DNA of 64,000 bases from Patescibacteria group bacterium (GCA_050942955.1 JBMNOG010000001.1:68347-132346); one strand, 5' to 3'. Counted from the stretch's first letter, positions 21,331 through 31,639 are shown. Notes: generated by a model not told the origin, from the letters alone. Program-made: numbers and translations.

Positions 21331-22482
21331 TTAACTCTGTTTCACTAACCTTTCCCGTAACTGCTCGCACAATCTAATCATAAACCTGACATTGTGAATG
21401 CTGGACAAGCGGTAGTACAGTAATTCCTTTGATTTGAAAAGGTGGTTTAAGTAGCTGCGGCTGTATCCTGCTCTGCATGTTGCACAATCACAGTTTTCCA
21501 TAATTGGCCCAGGGTCGTTCTTAAATTTGGCGTTACCTATCTGGAGTCTACCTTTAGTATTAAATTCAGAAACAAATCTAATTCTATCCGAAGAGGATTG
21601 ATTGAAACTGCTACCTTCAAGGTATCCATGGTAAAGTGTCCCATTTCTAGCCAACCTCGTTGGAGCTACACAGTCAAAAATGTCAGCACCAGATAAAACC
21701 ATATCTACAATATCCTGAGGATCCCGGCCAACCCCCATAGCATAAAATGGTTTGTCTTTGCTAATAACCTCCTTAACCCAGCCAATATGCTCTATTGTCT
21801 GATCCATATAGTACCCTACTGAAACTCCGCCAATAGCAATTCCCGGCAAATTCAGACTATTCACAAACTGTGCGCTTTCTTGACGCAAGTTTTTATAGTT
21901 ACCTCCTTGGATAATACCAAAAAGTACTTGATTAGCAGTGGATTTCTGCCACTCTATCTTACACCGCTCAAGCCATCGGTGAGTTCTCTCCATAGCTGCG
22001 ATAACATATTTTTTTTCTTTCATCGGCGTACACTCATCAAAAGCCATGATAATGTCAGCACCCAAAGCCCTTTGAATTTGCACCGATTTTTCAGGCGTTA
22101 ACCGCAGTTTTTGTCCATCAAGGTGAGATTTAAAATTAACTCCTGCTTCATCAATTTTGGAAAGTTTCCCTGCTTCATCACCCAAACTAAAAACCTGAAA
22201 TCCACCACTGTCTGTTAGAACCGGTCCTTTCCAGTTCATAAAACCATGAATGCCTCTCATCTTCTGAATCAAGTCTTCTCCGGGACGTAGATGTAGGTGG
22301 TAGGTGTTTCCTAGAATTATTTGCGCTTTTACTTCAGTTAAGTCTTCTGAGGAGAGAGCTTTAACCGTCCCCACCGTCCCCACCGGCATATACATAGGGG
22401 TTTTAACTATCCCATGAGAAGTCACCATCTCCCCTGCCCTAGCTTGAAAATTAGTTTGCTTAACCGTAAATGAAAAATCCAT
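21331..22482 (-). CDS. tgt: Queuine tRNA-ribosyltransferase
   Basis: FSFTVKQTNFQARAGEM...PMYMPVGT...LGNTYHLHLRPG...VLTDSGGFQVFSL, plus a Zn site (CDCATC...H). Confidence 0.9.
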   Translation of the reverse strand: MDFSFTVKQTNFQARAGEMVTSHGIVKTPMYMPVGTVGTVKALSSEDLTEVKAQIILGNTYHLHLRPGEDLIQKMRGIHGFMNWKGPVLTDSGGFQVFSLGDEAGKLSKIDEAGVNFKSHLDGQKLRLTPEKSVQIQRALGADIIMAFDECTPMKEKKYVIAAMERTHRWLERCKIEWQKSTANQVLFGIIQGGNYKNLRQESAQFVNSLNLPGIAIGGVSVGYYMDQTIEHIGWVKEVISKDKPFYAMGVGRDPQDIVDMVLSGADIFDCVAPTRLARNGTLYHGYLEGSSFNQSSSDRIRFVSEFNTKGRLQIGNAKFKNDPGPIMENCDCATCRAGYSRSYLNHLFKSKELLYYRLSSIHNVRFMIRLCEQLRERLVKQS

Positions 22483-22496
22483 AACTTGGAATTGTA

Positions 22497-23225
22497 TTAT
22501 ATTTTTATCAGTCTCTCTAAGGCTGAGGAAAGATCAGGAGACAGTTCTGCCTCAAACGCTACCCGCTTACATGTTTGGGGATGAGTAAAAGAGAGGTAGC
22601 GTGCGTGAAGAAATAACCTTGGGCACCAGGTTACGTCCTGCTGTAAACGTTTGCCAAGATACAAAGGATCAGAAACTAGCGGGTAACCTAAATGTGAGAG
22701 GTGAACTCGTATCTGATGAGTTCTTCCAGTTTTTAGCTTAAGGTTAAGAAAGGTAAATTCTTCATTGTCTTTTCCAAGATAGTACTGGTGAACTGTATAT
22801 TCAGTCTTGGCCATTTTGCCGTCAACTGCTACAGTAAACCTTCTTCTGTTAAGAAGATTTCTTTTTAAAGGAAGATTGATGCTTCCTTTTTGGGGAATAA
22901 CCTTCCCATGGACTAAAGCTACATACCTCTTTTCTGTCTCACGTGCCTTGAATTGGGCTTTGACTCCATGAAATGCCTTTGCAGTTTTTGCTAGTACCAT
23001 TACCCCTGAAGTCTCTTTATCTAATCTATGAATCACCCCAGAACGCGCTAAAAATTCTTTTTCCTCCGGACTTAAAAAATTCGAACTGAACACGGAATAT
23101 CTGCTTTCCATCCAGTCTTGAATCGTTTTCTCTTTAACACTTTCCGCCCTGTTTACCACTAAACCGGCAGGTTTGTTAACAATTAGAATCGACTCATCTT
23201 CGTAAAGTACAGAGATGTTAATCAT
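22497..23225 (-). CDS. RluA-family pseudouridine synthase
   Basis: GVIHRLDKETSGVMVLAKT carries the catalytic Asp motif. Confidence 0.85.
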   Translation of the reverse strand: MINISVLYEDESILIVNKPAGLVVNRAESVKEKTIQDWMESRYSVFSSNFLSPEEKEFLARSGVIHRLDKETSGVMVLAKTAKAFHGVKAQFKARETEKRYVALVHGKVIPQKGSINLPLKRNLLNRRRFTVAVDGKMAKTEYTVHQYYLGKDNEEFTFLNLKLKTGRTHQIRVHLSHLGYPLVSDPLYLGKRLQQDVTWCPRLFLHARYLSFTHPQTCKRVAFEAELSPDLSSALERLIKI

Positions 23226-23601
23226 GCGATTCTCTCATTAATTCGTTTTTAATCTCAAGTAAAACACCAAGGGTTATTATTGTATCAGCCAAATTAAACA
23301 CCGGAAATGCTCCTGCGTGTATATAGTCAACTACACCTCCACGAAAAATACGATCAGCGATATTACTAAAACCCGCTGCAATAATTCCCACTAAAGCACA
23401 AGAAATATGGTTACCTCTAACAATAAAAAAAATTATTCCAACTATTCCGATTAAACTAATCCAAGGCGGCAAAAGCCCCCACATCCCGTTTTTATTCAGG
23501 ACTACATATTGAGGAAAGTATCTCACTATCAGATATTTCAAACCCTGATCTAAAAGAATAACAGCAAAAAAAATGAGACTTGCCCTAGAAGTTTTATTCA
23601 T
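23218..23601 (-). CDS. lspA: Lipoprotein signal peptidase II
   Basis: NKNGMWGL...FSNIADRIFRGGVVDYIHAG...FNLADTII. Confidence 0.85.
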   Translation of the reverse strand: MNKTSRASLIFFAVILLDQGLKYLIVRYFPQYVVLNKNGMWGLLPPWISLIGIVGIIFFIVRGNHISCALVGIIAAGFSNIADRIFRGGVVDYIHAGAFPVFNLADTIITLGVLLEIKNELMRESHD

Positions 23602-23605
23602 GCTA

Positions 23606-24523
23606 CTAAAGATTGGCTACATCTTTCCCTGCCCGGGCTCTTGAAAAGCGCCGCTCTCTGGCTCTGGGTTTCAGCTCTGCTATAGGAGGACGGATTGGTT
23701 CGGGGCTTGTTTCTGATTTTGCAGTCGAAGTTTTTTTCTGAAACGGTAAACTGATTTTATTTCCTGCCTGAACCCAAAAACTAAGCCAGATATATAAAAT
23801 GAAGAAAAACAGGAAAATTTGATATGAAGAAAAGATCCAGAAAACTGTGGTACGGATAGAAACATAATCTATAAGAAACTGCGAAACTGAAAAAATTGCC
23901 AAATATGTCAACCATAAAAAACCAGGATTAGCTTCTCCTCTATTGTTCTGATACCAGGAAAAAAGGCGGTAACGCTTATCTAACCACTTAATCAGAAAGT
24001 AAATAACAAGAAGAATCCCAATTTCATAGAGAGGTAGTGGGTGTCTTTTCCCTTCCAATCCAGGAAACTCTAATCCCCAAGGAAGTCCGGTCTGTTTACC
24101 AACATATGAGCCGTCCAGAAATTGTCCAATCAGAAGTAAAATTTGGGCTGAGATTAGTCCTAAAACAGAAATATCAGCAAATTCATAAAATTTCCATTTT
24201 CTTTTTTTTGCAAGTAAAAACAAAACGTACATCATCCCAATAAGAAAACCGAGCCAGGAAAACTGGTTTGAGTACGCCAGACTAAACCAGCGCGAGAGGT
24301 AAAACCTGAAATCAGGAAAGTTAAGGAAAATATGCAGGAGACGAGCACCGACTATGCCTCCAAAAAATGAGAGGAATATAACATCAAAAATGTCATCATC
24401 TTCGTAATGCTCCTCTTTGGCTCTGCGCCAAACAGAGAAACCACCGAAGAAAAATGCCAGTGTTAGAAACAAACCCAGGCTTGAAATGGTAATTGGGCCG
24501 ATTGCAAGAATGACCGGAAACAT
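23606..24523 (-). CDS. lgt: Prolipoprotein diacylglyceryl transferase, with a basic C-terminal extension
   Basis: MFPVILAIGPITISSLGLF...GGIVGARLLHIF...YVGKQTGLPWGLEF. It sits directly upstream of lspA. Confidence 0.8.
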   Translation of the reverse strand: MFPVILAIGPITISSLGLFLTLAFFFGGFSVWRRAKEEHYEDDDIFDVIFLSFFGGIVGARLLHIFLNFPDFRFYLSRWFSLAYSNQFSWLGFLIGMMYVLFLLAKKRKWKFYEFADISVLGLISAQILLLIGQFLDGSYVGKQTGLPWGLEFPGLEGKRHPLPLYEIGILLVIYFLIKWLDKRYRLFSWYQNNRGEANPGFLWLTYLAIFSVSQFLIDYVSIRTTVFWIFSSYQIFLFFFILYIWLSFWVQAGNKISLPFQKKTSTAKSETSPEPIRPPIAELKPRARERRFSRARAGKDVANL

Positions 24524-24644
24524 AGCTGTTACTATAAAACTTTATTGTTTGATTATAGCCGATTTGACTCTTTTAACCAATAACGCATACAATAGCAAAG
24601 TGGCTGTTTGCATACAGTAATTACAAACATTTTTCAGATCTAAT

Positions 24645-25115
24645 ATGTTAATTACCCCTCATATTCTGGTTGGTATTTACCTGGCTTTCTACTTTCCCCC
24701 GCTTCTGGCTTTACCAACGGCTTTGGCAAGCCATTTTCTCTTTGACCAATTTTATCCTCACTGGAATCCCCATATTTACACAGAAATAAAAAAGTGCGGC
24801 CGCATCTCAACTAACTCTTTACTAGTTATCGGCATAGATGCTCTGCTAACTGCTTTAATTCTTTTTTGGATCTCCACCAACTTTTTGGATAACATAGCCT
24901 TTATGCTTACTGTAGTTGCTTGCGCTACTTTAGCTATCCTTCCGGATATTGTTACTATTCCATTCTTTTTCTTCAATTATCGGAATAAAACAATACTAAA
25001 GTGCATTACCTTCACTCATAAACACCAAGCTCAAGCCGGTCCAGTTTGGGGAATGGTCACCCAGGTAATCATTAGCCTGATTTGTCTCTGGCAAATCGCT
25101 TTGATGGTAAGCTGA
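24645..25115 (+). CDS. Hypothetical small membrane protein (His-rich N-terminus; possibly a YdjM/DUF457-like membrane hydrolase)
   Basis: MLITPHILVGIYLAFYF..., with 4-5 hydrophobic segments. Confidence 0.35.
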   Translation: MLITPHILVGIYLAFYFPPLLALPTALASHFLFDQFYPHWNPHIYTEIKKCGRISTNSLLVIGIDALLTALILFWISTNFLDNIAFMLTVVACATLAILPDIVTIPFFFFNYRNKTILKCITFTHKHQAQAGPVWGMVTQVIISLICLWQIALMVS

Positions 25116-25117
25116 GT

Positions 25118-25678
25118 TTACTTAGCCCTCTCAACATACTTCCGGTTTACAGTATCAATCCTAATCTTCTCGCCCTGTTTGATAAACAACGGCACTTTAA
25201 CTTTAATTCCGCCAGTAACTGTAGCTGATTTGTACATGTTGGCCGCAGAGTTTCCTTTCACACCAGGATCACAGTCAGTAACTTCTAGAACTACTTTTGG
25301 AGGAATAACGATATTAATTGGCTTACCCTCCCAAAATAGAATGTCGTAAGTCTCACCATCCTGCATAAACTCTATTTCCTCCCCCATTTCCTGAACATCA
25401 AGCTCTACCTGTTCATAGGTTGTAGGATCCATAAAGTACAAAGCATCCCCTTCCCTATAGAGAAACTGCATCGGTTTTTTTGACAGATCTGCTTCCTCAA
25501 AGCGGTCTGAAGGGGAAAACACTACCTGAACTACATTGCCAGTCAAAAGTCCGCGAATTTTGAGCCGCACATCAGCAGAACCTCTTCCCATATGGGTATG
25601 TTTGTAGTCCAAAACTTTATACGGTTCATTGTTATATACAAAAACGCTGCCGCTTTTTAAATCAACTGCTTGGTACAT
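25118..25678 (-). CDS. efp: Elongation factor P
   Basis: Full-length match to the EF-P fold (KSGSVFVYNNEPYKVLDYKHTHMGRGSADVRLKIRGLLTGN). Confidence 0.9.
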   Translation of the reverse strand: MYQAVDLKSGSVFVYNNEPYKVLDYKHTHMGRGSADVRLKIRGLLTGNVVQVVFSPSDRFEEADLSKKPMQFLYREGDALYFMDPTTYEQVELDVQEMGEEIEFMQDGETYDILFWEGKPINIVIPPKVVLEVTDCDPGVKGNSAANMYKSATVTGGIKVKVPLFIKQGEKIRIDTVNRKYVERAK

Positions 25679-25815
25679 ATGTACCTCCTTTAACTAAACT
25701 TTTTGTTTCTACTAATTGTTTAATGAAAAACGCCGCAGGTGTTTTTCATCTCCGGCTCCTATTTATTTTACCACGGAGAAAAACATGGTTTTCTGGTAAA
25801 ATATGTATGTTTTAC

Positions 25816-25845
25816 GCCGAGGTGGCGGAATAGGTAGACGCGTAG
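25816..25845 (+). pseudogene. 30-nt duplicate of the 5' end (acceptor and D-arm) of the downstream tRNA-Leu, followed by two hairpins (25846-25890). It is not a complete tRNA
   Basis: gccgaggtggcggaataggtagacgcgtag is identical to 25931-25960. It is then followed by cttcgc-cagaa-gcgaag and ccctgattttt-aaca-aaaatcaaggg. No T-arm or 3' acceptor follows. A TAAAAT -10-like box lies at about 25795. Confidence 0.5.
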
Positions 25846-25930
25846 CTTCGCCAGAAGCGAAGACCCTGATTTTTAACAAAAATCAAGGGCGCGTAAATAA
25901 CTTTAACATAATACTGTTAATTGGTTTTTT

Positions 25931-26017
25931 GCCGAGGTGGCGGAATAGGTAGACGCGTAGGTCTCAAAAACCTATGAGGGTAATACCTCATGCGGGTTCG
26001 ATTCCCGCCCTCGGCAC
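25931..26017 (+). tRNA. tRNA-Leu (anticodon CAA), class II with a long variable arm
   Basis: I folded it by hand. The acceptor is gccgagg/cctcggc. The anticodon stem is taggt/accta with loop ctCAAaa. The T-arm is gcggg-ttcgatt-cccgc and the discriminator is A. The 3' CCA is not encoded. Confidence 0.85.
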
Positions 26018-26277
26018 CCCTATTGCCTAGTTGAATTATCTCAGCTATGAGCGAAGATGTTCTTCCGGGGATAATTCAGCATCACACAAAAGAATTAACT
26101 CAAGCAACTAAAGATTTAGATAAGCAAAACTAAACACTGCAGAATAAAATGCTTTGGGTTAATAGTTACAACTATTTTTTTAGCGCTCGTCCAAACAACC
26201 TTAGCTTTTACAGATTAGCTCAATATATATTTTTCCTCTCCTTTAATTTTTTTTGCAATGTAAATTTTGTATTCCTA

Positions 26278-27591
26278 CTATTCAACCTTCTTTTCCATTC
26301 CGAAAAACTTAATTCTGTCACCTTTGAAGTAGAGGTCAACAGTTCTCAAAGCGCCGTTTCTATGTTTGGCTACCTTTAATTTGACATTCTCCATGTTTTC
26401 ATCGTCAGGCCTGTAGAGGAACATAACCACATCCGCATCCTGTTCAATAGCGCCAGATTCTCGAAGGTCTGCCAATTGCGGTTCTTTCGTGCCTCTGGCT
26501 TCAACAGCTCTAGAAAGCTGTGATAGCGAGAGAACAGGAATCTTAAGTTCTCTAGCTAAATTCTTAAGAGACTGAGAGATTTCAGATACTTCCTGGACAC
26601 GGCTTTCGTGCTTTTTATTGCTGACAGCCAGTTGCAAGTAGTCAACTACGATCATTTTTACATCATGTTCGATTTGTAGTCTTCGGGCTTTAGTCCTCAT
26701 CTCAAGCAAAGTAATACCAGGTGTATCATCAATAAAAAGTGGGGCTTCAGCAAGTCTTCCCATAGCGTCAGAAATACGCATAAAATCCTCTTCTTTAAGG
26801 TTACCGGTTTTCAACCTCCAAGCATCAATGTCTGCCTCAGAAACCAGCAAGCGGTCAACCAGTTCTTCTTTACTCATTTCCAAAGAAAAAATCCCTACCG
26901 GCATCTTGGCATTTACTGCTACATGCTGAGCAATGTTCAAGGCAAATGCCGTCTTTCCCATACCCGGACGGGCAGCCAAAATGATTAAGTTACTTGCCTG
27001 CATGCCTGCCAGTGTGTCATCAAGATCCTTAAAACCAGTCGGAACTCCCCTCAACCCCCCGGCTTGTTTATGCAACTCATCCAATCTGTCAAAACTGTCT
27101 GCCAACGCATCGCGGATAGCAACAAAATTGTTAGCCAGGTGACGCTGACTGAGTGAAAAAATTGATCTTTCAGAGCTATCCAGCACATCGGCTGACTCTT
27201 TTCCGTCATCAAAAGCCATTTCTACAATCTCTGAGCCAATACGGATTAATTCACGTTTGTTAGAAAGATCTCTAATAATTTTGGCATATGTTTCGGAGTT
27301 AGCTGCCGTTGGAACTTTTTCCGCTAAAAGTGTTAAGTACTCTACTCCACCACACTTTTTCAGTTGTTTAGCTTTTTTCAACTCATCTGATAGGGTAACA
27401 ATATCAATAGGATCACGCTCTTCAAAAAGCCTAAGCATTGCAGAATAAATCTCTTGGTGCTGTGAACTGTAAAAATGTTCAGGCTTAATCAGTGCGCTTA
27501 TATTAATTATCGCGTCTCTATCTATAAGAATAGCTCCTAAAAGGGATTGTTCAACATCTTTGTTGTGCGGTGGTATACGAGGACCTGCCAT
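26278..27591 (-). CDS. dnaB: Replicative DNA helicase DnaB
   Basis: VEQSLLGAILIDRDAI...ILAARPGMGKTAFALNIAQ...SLEMS... RecA-like core, no intein. Confidence 0.95.
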   Translation of the reverse strand: MAGPRIPPHNKDVEQSLLGAILIDRDAIINISALIKPEHFYSSQHQEIYSAMLRLFEERDPIDIVTLSDELKKAKQLKKCGGVEYLTLLAEKVPTAANSETYAKIIRDLSNKRELIRIGSEIVEMAFDDGKESADVLDSSERSIFSLSQRHLANNFVAIRDALADSFDRLDELHKQAGGLRGVPTGFKDLDDTLAGMQASNLIILAARPGMGKTAFALNIAQHVAVNAKMPVGIFSLEMSKEELVDRLLVSEADIDAWRLKTGNLKEEDFMRISDAMGRLAEAPLFIDDTPGITLLEMRTKARRLQIEHDVKMIVVDYLQLAVSNKKHESRVQEVSEISQSLKNLARELKIPVLSLSQLSRAVEARGTKEPQLADLRESGAIEQDADVVMFLYRPDDENMENVKLKVAKHRNGALRTVDLYFKGDRIKFFGMEKKVE

Positions 27592-27659
27592 AATTAATAG
27601 GTATACTATTGTAAGTCTACTTTCAAATTAGCCTTATCTCCACTTCGTTCAATCTAAAG

Positions 27660-28307
27660 TTACTTCTTTCTATCTAGAACCATCAGCTCCATCTCATCAG
27701 GCAGACTTGTAGAAGAGAGCACCAACTTATCGGTACGCTTGGGTTCAAGCTCAAACTCTTGTAAGAATTGTTCTAAAGTAGCTAAGCCCTTGTATTTGTC
27801 ACTTAGACCAGGCTGGCTATAATGCATAGGGATAACAATCCTTGAATCAATCTTTTTAATCACTTGGACTGCTTTTTCCGGATTGAGCGTGTGTAAACCG
27901 CCTACCGGTATCATTAGAACATCAACATTTTCCATTTCTTTAAGAAGTTTATCACTCAGCTCTGAATTAAGATCACCTAAGTGGCAGACAACCAAGTCTT
28001 CAGCAGTTATAGTATATATAGTATTTTTTTCACGAAGACTCTCATTAGAGTTATCAACAAAAGTTCTCATGCCACGAATCATCACTTCTTTTATTTCGTA
28101 CTCTCCAGGGCCTTCAACAAAAAAACAATTAGGGTTTTTTATGCCCTCTTTATTATTGTGTTCCTCCTTATCCTGAGAAATGATAGTAATATCAGCAATG
28201 GTTTTCGGAAAATGTAGTCCTGTAGAAAACGCATACGGATCAGTCACAATAGTAGCGGTATTGGTTTTAATTCTAAAACTTGAAAGACCTAAATAAGAAA
28301 TCTGCAT
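27660..28307 (-). CDS. MBL-fold metal-dependent hydrolase (UPF0173-like)
   Basis: MQISYLGLSSFRIKTNTATIVTDPY...HLGDL...VLMIPVGG... Confidence 0.7.
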   Translation of the reverse strand: MQISYLGLSSFRIKTNTATIVTDPYAFSTGLHFPKTIADITIISQDKEEHNNKEGIKNPNCFFVEGPGEYEIKEVMIRGMRTFVDNSNESLREKNTIYTITAEDLVVCHLGDLNSELSDKLLKEMENVDVLMIPVGGLHTLNPEKAVQVIKKIDSRIVIPMHYSQPGLSDKYKGLATLEQFLQEFELEPKRTDKLVLSSTSLPDEMELMVLDRKK

Positions 28308-28489
28308 ATTGGTTTATCACAGTAATAACAGAGAACATTTAGCCATACAAATTTGCCCATGGCGGGCAATGCAACTACTTCTCTGCTTCTTACAATGACA
28401 ATGTTTGACTATGAATCGCAAGCTCCCTTACATTATCAGATTTCTATTAGCTTGACAACAGAGAAAGCGGGTGTTAAAGTCTGCTTGGT

Positions 28490-28933
28490 ATGCGCAAGGA
28501 AATATTTACTGCGATTATTGTTGGAATCCTGCTCGGTCTTGTCGTAACATACGGAATCTACATCGCTAACAGCACGCTTATTGAAAAAGCTCGAGGCATT
28601 AATCCTAAAACGACAACTATTCCTACGCCCACCCCTTCCCCTGAAGCTTCGGTGACACTAACACTCACCCAGCCTGAGAGCAACATTGTGGTTGATAAAC
28701 CCACTATCGCTATTGAAGGCCGAACTATCCCTGAGGCAGTAATAACTATCGTTTCTGAAAATGATGAGGTTATCACCGAATCAGATGAAACAGGTTTCTT
28801 TTCCTATAAAATTGAACTGGTTAAAGGCGCTAACACTATTGAAGTAACTGCATCTGACGGGGTCAAACTCTCTGAGACTAAATCAATTGATTTAGTCTAT
28901 AGTACTAATATTGAACTTAGTGAAGAGGAATAA
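28490..28933 (+). CDS. Hypothetical membrane-anchored protein with a Thr/Pro linker and a beta-rich (Ig-like?) extracellular domain
   Basis: N-terminal TM helix, then a TTTIPTPTPSPE linker. I recognise no motif. Confidence 0.4.
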   Translation: MRKEIFTAIIVGILLGLVVTYGIYIANSTLIEKARGINPKTTTIPTPTPSPEASVTLTLTQPESNIVVDKPTIAIEGRTIPEAVITIVSENDEVITESDETGFFSYKIELVKGANTIEVTASDGVKLSETKSIDLVYSTNIELSEEE

Positions 28934-28939
28934 AACAAT

Positions 28940-29746
28940 ATGAAAGCAAAGCTTTTTCTTATTACCCTTCTTAGTCTACTCTTTGTGTTTTCCGTTGTAG
29001 TTTCAGGTCAAGAAACCGAAGAAGCCACAGAAAGTGCTGTTAGCCAGGATGAGGTCAGGCAAAAACTGAAAGAGCGTTTAGAAAAAACGGTTCAGGAAGA
29101 TGAAGATGGTGCAGCAACTAGTAGTTCAAGCACTTGGAGAGCTTATTTTGGTAACGTTTCTGAGGCAGCTTTAACTACCTTAAGTCTTACTACCAGTGAT
29201 AAAAGAGATGTCCAAATTAAGATTGCTGAAGATTGTGAGCTCTCTTTCTATAAAAAAGGCAAAGGTAACTCTACACTGGAGGCAGAAAAGATTGAAACTG
29301 GCTGGTTTGCTATCGCCATGGGTACAGAAATGACTGAAGGTACTCTTACTGCCAAACGTATCTCATTTTCTGAGACAGTTACCCCTACTGTTAAGAAAAA
29401 AGTGTTAGTCGGCCGAATTAGTGAGATTGATGATGCCACTCTCAAACTGGATACCAGTCCAGATATCACTATTTCCATCCCAAAAACATATTCTATTCAG
29501 ATTAAAGGTATACAGGAGGCAGAGATTGAAGATGTTAGTGTTAATGACAAAGCAGTATTAATTATTGAGATTGAAACTGTTAAGGATAAAAGGGGCAATG
29601 AAACGACAACGTACACTTTAAAATCTCTTTACAGCATTCCCAGTACTAGTAATCCCAGAGCTGCGGATAATGAGGTCACAGAAGCTTCACCTGCCGCTAA
29701 TGCGGAAGATACCACTAATACAGAAACTGAAGAGGTTGAGGATTAA
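28940..29746 (+). CDS. Hypothetical secreted protein (signal peptide; acidic Thr/Glu-rich C-terminus)
   Basis: MKAKLFLITLLSLLFVFSVVVSG is a signal peptide. The body is unrecognised. Confidence 0.4.
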   Translation: MKAKLFLITLLSLLFVFSVVVSGQETEEATESAVSQDEVRQKLKERLEKTVQEDEDGAATSSSSTWRAYFGNVSEAALTTLSLTTSDKRDVQIKIAEDCELSFYKKGKGNSTLEAEKIETGWFAIAMGTEMTEGTLTAKRISFSETVTPTVKKKVLVGRISEIDDATLKLDTSPDITISIPKTYSIQIKGIQEAEIEDVSVNDKAVLIIEIETVKDKRGNETTTYTLKSLYSIPSTSNPRAADNEVTEASPAANAEDTTNTETEEVED

Positions 29747-29750
29747 CTTC

Positions 29751-30995
29751 CTACTTCAAGCGGTTAACTGCTGTTTCAATATCCATCATTTCCTGAGCAC
29801 CGTTTTCCATGTTTTTGAGAGCAATCTTTCCTTGATTTACTTCCTCTTCTCCAATCACAATCACAAAAGGAATATTCTTTTGATTTGCTAATTTAAATTG
29901 CTGTCCCAGCTTATCAAAAGCCGGGTAAACCTCTGTACCAATTCCCGCTTCACGCAGTTTTCTGGCAACATTTAAAGCAGGTTTCTCACACTCCTGATTA
30001 AAGAGAGTGACTAAAACTTTTGCACCGCTCTTAACGACATCAATAAGCCCCATCTCATCAGCTGCCTCAACAATCCTATCAAATCCCAAACCTACTCCCA
30101 CAGCCGACACATCTACCCCACTAAGTTGTTTAATAAGGTTGTCATATCTACCACCTCCACCCAGTGAGCCACTACCATACTCAGGAATAATGACCTCAAA
30201 AATCATACCGGTATAGTAATCCAACCCTCTTGCTAATTCTGGGGTAAATCGCAAAGATTCTTCCGGAACACCTAAAGCCACAGCTTTACTTATAATCTCC
30301 TGAAGATTTTGCGATATCTGAACTTGTTTTACATCTTCTAGAATTTTTGAAGCTACTTCCCTATCAAGGCCTTTAGTTACTAACTCATCAAGTACCGATT
30401 CTTTGCTGTTTTTGCCCAGTTTATCCAGAGTTTGAGTTATTGAGGTTAAACTAACTCTGTCTGAAATATAGGGCTTCAAGGTTGCAAACAGTACCTGTCT
30501 GTCATTCATCTTCAAAACAACTTGAGAAAAGCCGATACTTTTAAAAGTAGCATACGTGCAAGCTAAAATTTCTGCATCAGCTAAAGGTGAAGTGCTCCCA
30601 AAAATGTCAATGTCGCACTGGGTGAACTCACGAAATCTTCCTTTTTGAGGCTTGTCAGCTCGGTAAACACTCTGTATCTGGTAACGCCGAAAATACTTAG
30701 GTAGCTCGTACTGATACTGAGCCAAAACCCTGGCAGTAGGCACAGTTTGGTCGTAACGAAGGGCTACTTCCCTGCCTCCCCTATCTTCAAAGCGATAAAC
30801 TAACTTATCAGCTTCCTCACCATACTTACCCAAAAGGAGTGAGGCATATTCCAGAGCTGGAGTCTCAAGCGGTACAAAGCCATAATTTTTGAAAACTTCA
30901 ACAATTTTTTGAGCAATAAAATCTCGCTTGCGTTTTTCGCCCGGCAAGTAATCCCGAAAACCTTTAAGTGTTTGTATATTTTGGTTGTTTCCCAT
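29751..30995 (-). CDS. hisS: Histidine--tRNA ligase; start placed at the internal Met (MGNNQNIQTLKGFRDYLP), 414 aa. The ORF track extends it to 31193
   Basis: KGFRDYLPGE...FVPLETPALE...LRYDQTVPTARV are class II aaRS motifs. A C-terminal anticodon-binding domain is present. Confidence 0.9.
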   Translation of the reverse strand: MGNNQNIQTLKGFRDYLPGEKRKRDFIAQKIVEVFKNYGFVPLETPALEYASLLLGKYGEEADKLVYRFEDRGGREVALRYDQTVPTARVLAQYQYELPKYFRRYQIQSVYRADKPQKGRFREFTQCDIDIFGSTSPLADAEILACTYATFKSIGFSQVVLKMNDRQVLFATLKPYISDRVSLTSITQTLDKLGKNSKESVLDELVTKGLDREVASKILEDVKQVQISQNLQEIISKAVALGVPEESLRFTPELARGLDYYTGMIFEVIIPEYGSGSLGGGGRYDNLIKQLSGVDVSAVGVGLGFDRIVEAADEMGLIDVVKSGAKVLVTLFNQECEKPALNVARKLREAGIGTEVYPAFDKLGQQFKLANQKNIPFVIVIGEEEVNQGKIALKNMENGAQEMMDIETAVNRLK

Positions 30996-31222
30996 AATGG
31001 GTTTATTGTAAAGGGTATTAGGCAAAAAATAAACTTCACTTCCAAAGACTAAAAATCCTATTTTTCTCCAAGAGCGAAAACAGTTGTTGCACCCCAAATC
31101 ATCTTTAATATCGACAAAACTGCAACCGTAATTTATAACAAAAAAAATTATGTTTACGTGCGTTCCAAACGACCATATTTCTCCCTTTTTCAATTGCCAA
31201 TTTTCTGTTATAATTCCCCAGT

Positions 31223-31546
31223 ATGAAAGCTAAAATTCATCCTAACTATCGTCATGACGTAAAAGTCACTTGTGCTTGTGGCAACACCTTTACCACCGGT
31301 TCAGTGCTATCTGAAATTAATGTTGATATCTGCAGCGCTTGCCATCCTTTTTATACTGGGGAGATGAAGTTTGTAGACACACAGGGAAGAGTAGAACGCT
31401 TTAAGCAGAAAATGCAAAAGGGTTCAAAAAGCTATGTTTCTAAGAAGCAGCGCAAGCAAGCTAAGAAAGCCTCCGAAGAAAAAACTCAGGAAGTTAAAAC
31501 CTTGAAAGAGATGATTCAGGATCAGCGAAAAGCTAAAGCTTCCTAG
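31223..31546 (+). CDS. rpmE: 50S ribosomal protein L31 with a Lys-rich C-terminal extension
   Basis: [27 protein letters not shown]...[10 protein letters not shown]. Confidence 0.9.
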   Translation: MKAKIHPNYRHDVKVTCACGNTFTTGSVLSEINVDICSACHPFYTGEMKFVDTQGRVERFKQKMQKGSKSYVSKKQRKQAKKASEEKTQEVKTLKEMIQDQRKAKAS

Positions 31547-31639
31547 ATAACACCATCTCATGTCATACTAAAAACTGATCTTCACAATGATTTTTCCTTA
31601 GAAAATAAGGGTGTTTTTGTCGTACAATATTTTAAAACT

